Notes under the pieces: generated by a model
What the model saw: the letters and a program-made list of their open reading frames with translations, nothing else
What the model was told of the DNA's origin: nothing
Databases searched by the model: none
In this document: positions 19,500-27,738 of the stretch, one piece after another
Numbering within the stretch: the first letter of the stretch is position 1
How the letters are laid out: each line of letters begins with the position of its first letter
Translations under genes and position numbers: made by a program
DNA from: an uncultured Rhizobiaceae bacterium
GTDB taxonomy: Bacteria; Pseudomonadota; Alphaproteobacteria; UBA828
Direction: 5' to 3'
Assembly (NCBI GenBank): GCA_964413115.1
Contig: CAYPSQ010000003.1
Location: forward strand, 23,174-87,173
Length of the DNA stretch: 64,000 nt

Positions 19500-19708
19500 A
19501 TCATTTGTGCCATTTGTTGTGCCCGTTCGGTTAAGCGTTCCAATTGTTCTTTGCTGGTCAAATAGTAATTTGGCCAGGCCACGCCGTCATAGCGTAGCTC
19601 GGCCGCTGCATACAGCGTCCAATTAGGATTGGCGAGATGCGGTCGTGCCAGGGCGCAGAGATCGGCACCGGAATTATGGGTCGAAACTACTCTGCCGCGG
19701 CGGATTCT
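19496..19708 (-). pseudogene. C-terminal remnant of an Old-Yellow-Enzyme (NADH:flavin oxidoreductase) family gene
   Basis: Roughly 70 open codons between the hyuB stop and the SDR start read ...[41 protein letters not shown]...*. This resembles the OYE C-terminal ADLVAFGRPFLANPDLP block. No start codon. Its TGA overlaps the SDR ATG (ATGA). Confidence 0.5.
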
Positions 19709-21414
19709 TCAGGGGCGTATTCGGCGATCCAGCTTTCTTTGAAGCCGTAATCCTCGGTGGCTTTGTGGCGGCTGATATAGCCTTCCAGCACGTCCTCGAC
19801 GATAGCCGCGCGGTCGCGTTTAGCCGGGTCGCCGAAGCCACCGCCGCCCGGCGCCTTCACCGAGATGCGCTCGTCGGGGCTGATCGGTACATTAGAATAT
19901 TTGCTTGACGAGACCTTGCCGAACGCTTGCTTGATGGTCTGCCAATCATTTGCGCCCTTGGCTTGATAAAGCGTGGCACCTGGGACCGAATGCTTGCCTT
20001 TCTTGAGGCCCCAAGAGGTGCGTATGTGCTTGTTGGTCATCTGGCTGATCATCACGTCGCCAGTGCATAGCATGGTTTTAGAAATGCTGAGGCCGCCACG
20101 ATGTTCGCCGGCACCGCCTGAATCGGGGCGTAGCGCATATTCTTCGACGATCCACGGATAGCGCGTTTCGAACACTTCGGTTGGCGTGTTGGCGCAATTG
20201 CCGTTGATTGAATCAGTAGCGTCGTTGCCATCAGCGAATTGCCGTCCGCCATAGCCAACATAAGTGAAATCAAAGGCACCGAACGGTTCGTCATTTTCCT
20301 CGTCATGACCGCCGAACACGAAACATCCATGGGTGGTGCCCTCCGAGGCCATCACCCGGTGCGGCGCGCATTCCGACATCGCGCCGAAGATGCAGGCGAC
20401 GATCAACGGATGGGTCTCGGTATTGCCGCCCACTTCGGAGCCGGGATAATTGACGTTCATCACCGTGCCGGCTGGCGAAATCACACGGATCGGGCGGAAA
20501 CATCCAGAATTCTTTGGGATCGTTTGGTCGGTCAAATGCAGCATGGCGTTGTAAGAAGCCGACCAGGCAACGCCGAGCGTGGCGTTAATAGGCCCCTTGG
20601 CTTGCGGTGAAGAGCCGGTATAGTCGATCACCACCTCATCGCCCTGCACGTTCACGGCAACCCGAATCCAATATTCCTTGGCCTCAATGCCGTCATCTTC
20701 CAGGCAGTCTTCAAACGAGTAACGCCCGTCGGTGAACGACGCAATTTCGGCTCGCATGCGCGATTCGGAATAATCCATCAAATCGCTTACGGTTTGGCGG
20801 AATGTCTCCTTGCCATATTTCTCAATCAGTTCGACCAAGCGTTTCTCGCCCATATCAACGGCGCTGATCAGGGCGCGAAGATCGCCGTAATTGCCGCGCG
20901 GCGTGCGCACGTTGGCGAGCAGCAGCTTCCAGACTTCCGGCACATCCTTGCCGCGTTTTATCAGCTTCACAGGCGGTACGCGCAAACCTTCGTGGAAAAT
21001 TTCTGTCGCCTCGCCGGGGAAGCCCCCAGGCACCATGCCGCCGACTTCGACGAAATGGCCGATAGAAACGGCAAAGCCCATCAATTCATCATCGACGAAG
21101 ATCGGTTTGAACATGGTGTGCTCGGGAGTATGCAGGCCGCCCCGGTAAGGATCGTTGTGGACGATCACATCGCCCGGTTCGATCTTCGCTATTTCTTTTA
21201 CCATCGAGCGCACTAGCAGCGGCACGCCGCCGATCTGCGCCGGGCAGAACTCCGCCACCGAGATCATATCGCCCTCAGGGCTGGCCAGTGCGCAGGTAAA
21301 ATCCTCGGCTTCGCTGAAGATCGTGGAATAGGCCGTTTTCTGGACGTTCACGCCCATTTCGCGGCATATGGCGACCATGGCGGAATCGACGATGTTCATC
21401 GTAACCATATCCAT
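19687..21414 (-). CDS. hydantoinase B/oxoprolinase family protein (HyuB-type ATP-dependent cyclic-amide hydrolase subunit), pair 1
   Basis: 575 aa. HyuB family hallmarks ([19 protein letters not shown] near C-terminus). Confidence 0.85.
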   Translation of the reverse strand: MDMVTMNIVDSAMVAICREMGVNVQKTAYSTIFSEAEDFTCALASPEGDMISVAEFCPAQIGGVPLLVRSMVKEIAKIEPGDVIVHNDPYRGGLHTPEHTMFKPIFVDDELMGFAVSIGHFVEVGGMVPGGFPGEATEIFHEGLRVPPVKLIKRGKDVPEVWKLLLANVRTPRGNYGDLRALISAVDMGEKRLVELIEKYGKETFRQTVSDLMDYSESRMRAEIASFTDGRYSFEDCLEDDGIEAKEYWIRVAVNVQGDEVVIDYTGSSPQAKGPINATLGVAWSASYNAMLHLTDQTIPKNSGCFRPIRVISPAGTVMNVNYPGSEVGGNTETHPLIVACIFGAMSECAPHRVMASEGTTHGCFVFGGHDEENDEPFGAFDFTYVGYGGRQFADGNDATDSINGNCANTPTEVFETRYPWIVEEYALRPDSGGAGEHRGGLSISKTMLCTGDVMISQMTNKHIRTSWGLKKGKHSVPGATLYQAKGANDWQTIKQAFGKVSSSKYSNVPISPDERISVKAPGGGGFGDPAKRDRAAIVEDVLEGYISRHKATEDYGFKESWIAEYAPEESAAAE

Positions 21415-21433
21415 GATGCGGCTCTCCTTTGTA

Positions 21434-23479
21434 TTACGAACCCGTCACGCTAGCGATCTCGCCGATCAGCAAATTGCCGTATGTATCGACGAGGACATCT
21501 TGTCCAGGCCGGATGACGGTGATTGAAGCTGGTTCTTCGATGAGGGCCGGTCCTCGCAGCTGGTGGTTGTCCAACAGCGAGGCGCGGTCATAAACCTTGG
21601 CATCATGGGCGCCGTCATCAAATATTACCGAGCGCGTGTCGATTGGCTCAGGCGCTGCAGTCGCCGCCGGCAATCGCGGCAGCTCCAGGCGCTCGGTGAC
21701 GGAAATAGCTGTTACTTTGATGCTAATCAGTTCGATGGTTTCGCCCGGGATTTCGAAATTGTAGCGTGCATTATGGGCGGCATGAAAGCTCTTCCAGATC
21801 GAGGCGATGCTGGCATCGTTGAAGTGCTCAAAATCAATTGGTACTTCAAGCTCGTGATTTTGCCCGAAATAGCGCATTTCCAGCGAGCGGTAGATTTCGA
21901 TGGTGGCACTGTAGCCCTGATCGCCGAGTGCCGCGGTTGATTCACGCACTAGATCGTCGATCACTGCATTGGCGTGATCGCGCCTAAACGCCTTTGAGGT
22001 CATCGGCGTGGTGCGTTCCAAATCTATACGGGCATCGGTCATGGTGAAGCCAAAAGCGGAAAATTGGCCGGGATAATTAGGCACGATGCCGGACGGGATA
22101 TTGGCGAGCGGCATCAAATCGGAGATGTGCACCGGCCCGGCGCCGCCGAAAGCCAGTAAAGTGAAATCACGGGGGTCGAGGCCGCGTTCGGTCAGCACCG
22201 AGCGGAGCGCGCCGATCATGTTGTTGTTGGCGATTTGTACGATACCGAGCGCGGTTTTCGCGGGTGATTGATCGATTTCAGCGGCAACCGCGGCGATCGC
22301 ACTTTCCGCCGCTGTGACGTCGAGCGCCATCTGGCCTCCGAGAAAGTTCTCCGGATTAATGCGCCCGAGCACGAGATTCGCATCGGTGACGGTCGCAGCT
22401 GAGCCGCCTTGGCCATAGCAGGCCGGGCCGGGCGCCGCACCGGCGCTCTCGGGGCCAACCCGTAGCATGCCGCCCTTGTCGATCCAGGCGAGTGAGCCGC
22501 CTCCCGCACCCATGGTGCGGATATCGATCATTGGAATTTGAATCGGCACGCCGAATTCGATCTCGAAACTTGTGGTGAAGCTTTCACGTCCATCAACCAC
22601 GGTGGAGACATCGGTTGAGGTGCCGCCCATATCGAGGGTGACGAGGTGGTCGACGCCAGCCAGGCGGGCGATCTGCTTGGCTCCAACCACGCCACCGGTG
22701 GGGCCAGAAAGGGTTAGCTGGATCGGCGCTTGGGAGGCAGCTTCAAGCGTCATTTCGCCGCCGTTCGATTTGATCACGGCAATACGTTTATTGACGCCCT
22801 GGTCGGCAAAGCGCGTGCTCAGGCTGGCCAGATGGCCACCAACTAGCGGCTTGATATAGGCGTCCGCTAGAGTGGTGGAAGAGCGTTCATGCTCCTTCCA
22901 TTTGGGCAGCACGTCATAAGAAATAGAAACCGGTATATCGGGGCAAATCTCGGCGAATATTTCCTTCACCCGGCGCTCATGCACCGGCGTGACATAGGAA
23001 AACAGAAGGCAGACGGCAACCGCCTGAATGCGACCATCCCTAGCAATACACTGCGCTACGTCGCGCACGCCGGCTTCGTCGAGTGGTATATATTCTTCGC
23101 CGCGCGAAGTAATGCGCCCGGCCACTTCGTAGGCATGGCGGCGCTTCATTAGCGGCTTCGATTTGATCCAGGTAATGTCGTAATGGCTTTGCCGCTTGCC
23201 GCGTTGGATAAACGGTACGTCGCGGAAGCCTTGCGTCGCGACATAAGCGACCGTTGCGCCTTTGCGCTCAAGCACCGCATTGGTGGCGATGGTGGTGCCG
23301 AACCGGAGATGCTCGATATCGCCGGCCGCCCCGGCCTGCTCAAGTCCGCCGACGATGCCCTCACCTGGATCGTCCGGTGTCGACAGCGTTTTCCAGACGG
23401 TGAGTTTGCTTGTGTCTCGATCATAGGCGACGAAATCTGTAAAAGTGCCGCCAACGTCGATGCTGACATCCTTACCCAT
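21434..23479 (-). CDS. hydantoinase/oxoprolinase family protein (HyuA-type subunit), pair 1
   Basis: 681 aa. N-terminal IDVGGTFTDFV ASKHA-fold ATPase motif. Confidence 0.85.
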   Translation of the reverse strand: MGKDVSIDVGGTFTDFVAYDRDTSKLTVWKTLSTPDDPGEGIVGGLEQAGAAGDIEHLRFGTTIATNAVLERKGATVAYVATQGFRDVPFIQRGKRQSHYDITWIKSKPLMKRRHAYEVAGRITSRGEEYIPLDEAGVRDVAQCIARDGRIQAVAVCLLFSYVTPVHERRVKEIFAEICPDIPVSISYDVLPKWKEHERSSTTLADAYIKPLVGGHLASLSTRFADQGVNKRIAVIKSNGGEMTLEAASQAPIQLTLSGPTGGVVGAKQIARLAGVDHLVTLDMGGTSTDVSTVVDGRESFTTSFEIEFGVPIQIPMIDIRTMGAGGGSLAWIDKGGMLRVGPESAGAAPGPACYGQGGSAATVTDANLVLGRINPENFLGGQMALDVTAAESAIAAVAAEIDQSPAKTALGIVQIANNNMIGALRSVLTERGLDPRDFTLLAFGGAGPVHISDLMPLANIPSGIVPNYPGQFSAFGFTMTDARIDLERTTPMTSKAFRRDHANAVIDDLVRESTAALGDQGYSATIEIYRSLEMRYFGQNHELEVPIDFEHFNDASIASIWKSFHAAHNARYNFEIPGETIELISIKVTAISVTERLELPRLPAATAAPEPIDTRSVIFDDGAHDAKVYDRASLLDNHQLRGPALIEEPASITVIRPGQDVLVDTYGNLLIGEIASVTGS

Positions 23480-23494
23480 GCGAATTATCCAGCG

Positions 23495-23707
23495 TCAATT
23501 CTTAAGGATACCCTCGCGCGGCAACGGTATTCGCGGCTCATCTACGCCTGCAGCGCGCGCTGAGGCCCATTGCTGGCACCAGTCAGAACAGAACAGCTTG
23601 GCTTCGCCTGCTACTTCGCCTTTGAGCCCATCCTCATAGAGAAGAACGCCGCAATTATCGCATTTGATATAGCGCTCAATATAATAGCCATTGTCCGAAA
23701 ATCGCAT
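23495..23707 (-). CDS. small four-Cys zinc-ribbon protein (hypothetical)
   Basis: 70 aa with CDNCG...CSDWC. GGGGGA RBS 5 nt upstream of the ATG. 15 bp upstream of hyuA on the same strand. Confidence 0.5.
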   Translation of the reverse strand: MRFSDNGYYIERYIKCDNCGVLLYEDGLKGEVAGEAKLFCSDWCQQWASARAAGVDEPRIPLPREGILKN

Positions 23708-23802
23708 ATTTCCCCCAATTCTCTTGCATTTATCGTGTCGGCGCAGTTAGCGCTGATATTGTCCAAGCCTACCCGTCATTTCAATTGCCTAATTGTGCAG
23801 AA

Positions 23803-25215
23803 TCAGCGTTTTTCCCCTTTGAACGGCGACAGGCCGGCCGGGGCGAAGCCGGCGAGATAACGAGTGAGGGGGCCAGGCCGGCGCCCGGCATCTGCTGCGG
23901 CATCCGTTCGTGCAATCGCGCGGCGCACCAATTGGCCGCCGAAATAGCGGATCGGTTCGGGCGGAAAGTCGCGCCCGAGCGGGCGCACTAGGCCACAATT
24001 CGACCATTCGTCGTTTTTTTCCAACACCAGCGAGGCGAGAATCTTGCCGCCGAGATGAGACGGGCCGACGCCGTTGCCGGAATAACCGACCGCATAGAAG
24101 ACATTGGGCCGGCCCTCAAGCGCGCCAAAATAGGGCAGGCCGGATTTAGAGCGGTCGATCGGCCCCATCCACGTGCCGGCAATTCGTACTGCGCCGAGCT
24201 CAGGATAGGTCCAGGAAAGCCATTTTCTTATATCCTCGCCGAGCGGTGACGGGCCGTCCAGTTTGGTGCCGACAGTGCCGCCATAAGGCAGGCTGCCGTT
24301 CATGCCGCCCTTACCGAAGACGATGCGGCCGTCGCGCGTGGTGCGGTAGTAATGTACCAGCATACGGCCGTCGGAAATGGTCATGCCATCGCGCCAGCCG
24401 ATTTCATCCAGGCGCGTCGGCATCGGTTCCGTCACTGCAATATCGCTTGAGACCACAACGATCGCACGCCGGATGGGCTGAAACCGGATGCTCCAGGCGT
24501 TGAGCGCCAGCACCACTTTGTCGGCCTTGACGCGACCCTTCGGCGTAACGATTCCCGGTTTGGCACCATCGCCGAGACGCGTGAGCGGCGTGTTTTCGAA
24601 AATGCGCACACCCTTGGCCAATGCCACTTGCCGCAGGCCGCGCGCCAAGGCCGCCGGCTGTACGCTGGCGGTGCCCGGCTCAAAAATTCCTGCCAGATGT
24701 TGCTTGGAGCCCGATCGCGCCGCGACTTTGTCGGGCTGCCAGCGCTCGAATGGATATTGCTGGTATTGGGCCGCGGCTTCCACTGTGCCTTCCCAACCGT
24801 CGATCTGTTCCTTGTTGGTCGCACTCCACAGCCAGCCGTCAGGGCGGTAATGGGCGTCGATGCCCTCTGCAGCGCAAAATTCACCGATGGCGGCGACTGA
24901 ATCGGCGGAAGCGGCGGCTAGGCGCACAGCTTCCTCGCCGCCGCAAATTTTCTCGAGCGAGAGAAATTTAGCCCACCAGCTCAGCACAAAGCCGCCATTG
25001 CGTCCGCTGGCCCCGGCGCCGCACACGTCTTTCTCGATCACGACAACATCGAGGGCCGGGTCTTGTTGTTTGAGATTGAGCGCCGTCCACAATCCGGTGA
25101 AGCCACCGCCGACAATGCAAACATCGGCGCTTATATTACCAATAAGTGACGGACATTCTTCCTCGCTCTGAGCGATCGCCTCTCCGAGCCAATGGCTATT
25201 TTGCCGTGACGCCAT
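23803..25215 (-). CDS. FAD-dependent oxidoreductase (DAO family; amine/amino-acid oxidase-like)
   Basis: 470 aa. N-terminal ADVCIVGGGFTGLWTALNL dinucleotide motif, DAO-family layout. Confidence 0.75.
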   Translation of the reverse strand: MASRQNSHWLGEAIAQSEEECPSLIGNISADVCIVGGGFTGLWTALNLKQQDPALDVVVIEKDVCGAGASGRNGGFVLSWWAKFLSLEKICGGEEAVRLAAASADSVAAIGEFCAAEGIDAHYRPDGWLWSATNKEQIDGWEGTVEAAAQYQQYPFERWQPDKVAARSGSKQHLAGIFEPGTASVQPAALARGLRQVALAKGVRIFENTPLTRLGDGAKPGIVTPKGRVKADKVVLALNAWSIRFQPIRRAIVVVSSDIAVTEPMPTRLDEIGWRDGMTISDGRMLVHYYRTTRDGRIVFGKGGMNGSLPYGGTVGTKLDGPSPLGEDIRKWLSWTYPELGAVRIAGTWMGPIDRSKSGLPYFGALEGRPNVFYAVGYSGNGVGPSHLGGKILASLVLEKNDEWSNCGLVRPLGRDFPPEPIRYFGGQLVRRAIARTDAAADAGRRPGPLTRYLAGFAPAGLSPFKGEKR

Positions 25216-25222
25216 GGTCGGC

Positions 25223-26278
25223 TCAGAGCACGTCGGCGATAGTTTTGCCGAGCTGTTGCGTTGTTGCGGCGCCGCCCAAATCGCGGGTCAAATCTGCGCC
25301 TTCGGCAAGGACGGCTTCAATGGCGTCAGTAATCGCCTTGCCGGCATCTTCGTGGCCGAGATGATCGAGCATCATCGCACCGGTCCAGATTTGTGCGATT
25401 GGGTTGGCGATGTTTTGCCCAGCGATATCTGGCGCCGAGCCGTGCACGGGCTCAAACATCGACGGATATTGCTTTTCCGGATTGATATTGGCAGCCGGTG
25501 CAAGGCCCATGCCACCGACAACTGCCGCACCCAGGTCGGAAAGAATATCGCCAAATAAATTACTGCCAACGACAACGTCGAACCAATCGGGATGCTGAAC
25601 AAAATGCGCAGACAGAATATCGATATGAAATTGATCAGCCTCGATGGCTGGATAGGCCATTTTCATAGCCGAGAAACGCTCGTCCCAAAAGGGCATGGTG
25701 TGGATGATGCCATTTGATTTCGTCGCTGACGTCACATGGCCACGCCGCTTTTCGGCCTGTTCAAACGCAAAACGCAGCACCTTGTCGACACCCTCGCGGG
25801 TAAACACGCTTTCTTGAATGACCATCTCGCGCTCGGTACCGGCATAGATACGTCCGCCCATCTCGGAATATTCACCTTCATTATTTTCGCGCACAATGGT
25901 GAAGTCGATATCGCCTGGCCCGCGCCCGGCAAGCGGCGAAGCAACACCCTTCATCAGCTTGATCGGGCGCAAATTAACATATTGCCGGAAGGCGCGCCGG
26001 ATCGGGATCAACAGGCCCCATAAAGAGACATGATCGGCGACGCCGGGATAACCAACCGCGCCGAGGAACAGCGCGTCAAACGGGGTGAGTTGTTCGATGC
26101 CGTCCTCCGGCATCATGCGGCCGGTCCTGGCGTAGGTCTCGCACGACCAATCGAATTCCTGCCACTCGAAAGAAATACCAAATTTGCCGCCGACCTTTTC
26201 CAATACGTTCACGGCTTCGGGCAGCACTTCCTTGCCGATGCCGTCTCCCGGTATGAGCGCGATTTTGTAGCTAGCCAT
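25223..26278 (-). CDS. tartrate dehydrogenase/decarboxylase-like (isocitrate/isopropylmalate dehydrogenase family)
   Basis: Trimmed to MASYKIALIPGDGIGKEV (AAAGGAGG RBS). NLFGDILSDLGA signature of decarboxylating beta-hydroxyacid dehydrogenases. About 352 aa. Confidence 0.8.
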   Translation of the reverse strand: MASYKIALIPGDGIGKEVLPEAVNVLEKVGGKFGISFEWQEFDWSCETYARTGRMMPEDGIEQLTPFDALFLGAVGYPGVADHVSLWGLLIPIRRAFRQYVNLRPIKLMKGVASPLAGRGPGDIDFTIVRENNEGEYSEMGGRIYAGTEREMVIQESVFTREGVDKVLRFAFEQAEKRRGHVTSATKSNGIIHTMPFWDERFSAMKMAYPAIEADQFHIDILSAHFVQHPDWFDVVVGSNLFGDILSDLGAAVVGGMGLAPAANINPEKQYPSMFEPVHGSAPDIAGQNIANPIAQIWTGAMMLDHLGHEDAGKAITDAIEAVLAEGADLTRDLGGAATTQQLGKTIADVL

Positions 26279-26295
26279 GGCGGCCTCCTTTGCTA

Positions 26296-26319
26296 AGCGG
26301 GCCGAATTATGCCCGCTTC
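26296..26319. promoter_or_regulatory. candidate MarR operator: perfect inverted repeat AAGCGGGC-N8-GCCCGCTT, with a third GCCCGCT half-site at about 26352
   Basis: Lies in the 100-bp divergent region between the tartrate-DH-like operon start and marR. Confidence 0.35.
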
Positions 26320-26380
26320 GTCGGCAGACACAAGATATTCGCGATTTCCGCCCGCTCTGGAGAATGATAAACAGTGGGGC

Positions 26381-26827
26381 ATGACTGCCGGCAAGACCAC
26401 AGACCAATCGCAAATCTCCTACCGCCTCGAAGATCAGGTTGGGCATTTGTTGCGCCGCGCCCATCAGCGCGCCACGGCGATTTTTCTTGCGCGTATCCAG
26501 GATACGCAGATCACGCCGACACAATTTGCTGCTCTGGCCAAGTTGGCCGATGCGGGCGAGTTGAGCCAAAACCATCTGGGGCGCCTGACCGCGATGGATC
26601 CAGCAACTATCCAAGGCGTCACCCGCCGCCTCAAGGCGCGCGGCCTGATCACCAGGCGCGCCGACCCCGAGGACGGCCGACGCACGCTACTGCGCTTGAG
26701 CAGCAAGGGCGCGCGTTTGGCAAAAAGTACGATTCCACAAGGTTTTGACGTGAGCGGAGATATTTTGAAACCCTTGTCCAGGATCGAGCAGAGACAGTTT
26801 CTCCGCCTCTTGAAGCGCTTGACTTGA
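26381..26827 (+). CDS. MarR family transcriptional regulator
   Basis: 148 aa from the second Met (track ORF starts at 26309). Winged-HTH motif LAKLADAGELSQNHLGRLTAMDPATIQGVTRRLKARGLITRRADPEDGRRTLLRLSSKG. Confidence 0.8.
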   Translation: MTAGKTTDQSQISYRLEDQVGHLLRRAHQRATAIFLARIQDTQITPTQFAALAKLADAGELSQNHLGRLTAMDPATIQGVTRRLKARGLITRRADPEDGRRTLLRLSSKGARLAKSTIPQGFDVSGDILKPLSRIEQRQFLRLLKRLT

Positions 26828-26877
26828 GGACCGCCACTTGACGCTTTTCATATGTATACATATGATTTTTACCGCCT

Positions 26878-27738
26878 TTGCTGGGAGGACAGATGGCTGA
26901 ATATCTACGCCCCGCGACGCTGAGTTCGGCGTTAGAAGCGCTAAACGGCACGCCCTGGAGCGTGCTCGCGGGCGGCACCGATTTTTATCCCGCGCGGGTC
27001 GTTCGCGTGCTCGACGAAGACGTGCTCGATATCAGTGCCCTCCGCGAACTGCGCAGCATCGAGGCGTTTCCGAATCACTGGCGCCTCGGTGCACTCACCA
27101 CCTGGACTGACATTATCCGTGCCGATCTGCCACCGATGTTCGACGGCCTAAAATTGGCGGCGCGCGAAGTCGGCGGCGTGCAAATACAAAATATGGGCAC
27201 CCTCGGTGGCAATCTATGCAATGCCTCCCCGGCGGCCGACGGCGTGCCGCCGCTCCTCAGCCTCGGCGCCTCGGTCGAATTGTCGTCGGCAAAGGGCGTG
27301 CAAACGATGTCGCTCAAAGAGTTCATTCGGGGCTCGCGCAAGACGGCGCTTGAGGCCGGCCAACTCTTGACCGCCTTAATCGTGCCCAAACCGCGCCAAA
27401 CCCGCGCCGTTGGGCATTTCCTCAAGCTCGGCGCACGCAAATATATGGTGATTTCCATTATTATGGTGGCAGCGAACTTAGAAATCGACGACAGCGGCAA
27501 TGTCAGCGCCGCTCGTGTCGCCGCCGGCGCTTGCTCAGAAGTCGCTTGCCGTTTGCCGGCCTTGGAAGAGGTGTTGGCGGGAAGAGCTTGCAGTACCGTA
27601 CTTGGCGAAGGAGTTATCGTAGAGCATCTCGCGCCTATTGCGCCGATCGACGATCTGCGCGGCTCGGCCGAGTATCGCAGAGATGCGGCGCTGACCCTGG
27701 TGCGTCGGACCCTAAACGAATTGGGCGCACGCGCATGA
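26878..27738 (+). CDS. xanthine dehydrogenase/CO dehydrogenase family FAD-binding subunit (CoxM/XdhB-like)
   Basis: 286 aa. FAD-binding motif VLAGGTDFYP and TLGGNLCNASPAADG typical of molybdo-hydroxylase medium subunits. Confidence 0.8.
   Translation: MLGGQMAEYLRPATLSSALEALNGTPWSVLAGGTDFYPARVVRVLDEDVLDISALRELRSIEAFPNHWRLGALTTWTDIIRADLPPMFDGLKLAAREVGGVQIQNMGTLGGNLCNASPAADGVPPLLSLGASVELSSAKGVQTMSLKEFIRGSRKTALEAGQLLTALIVPKPRQTRAVGHFLKLGARKYMVISIIMVAANLEIDDSGNVSAARVAAGACSEVACRLPALEEVLAGRACSTVLGEGVIVEHLAPIAPIDDLRGSAEYRRDAALTLVRRTLNELGARA

Noticed and set aside
19645-19908. 87-aa plus-strand ORF spanning the hyuB-1 / SDR junction
   Set aside because: It is antisense to the OYE remnant and the hyuB 3' end. 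No RBS. The minus-strand reading gives recognisable protein blocks.
23495-23707. Calling the 70-aa Zn-ribbon ORF an acetone-carboxylase gamma subunit (AcxC)
   Set aside because: AcxC-type subunits are about 170 aa. Only the Cys4 theme is shared, so it is kept as hypothetical.
25223-26614. N-terminally extended versions of several track ORFs (tartrate-DH-like 463 aa, Xdh large subunit from 27531, DLH from 17180, LarE from 13631, lactonase-2 from 8827, aor small ORF from 53417, metH-Hcy from 40954)
   Set aside because: The extensions overlap upstream genes or promoters. They lack homology. Internal starts coincide with family N-termini and with RBS or stop-start overlaps.
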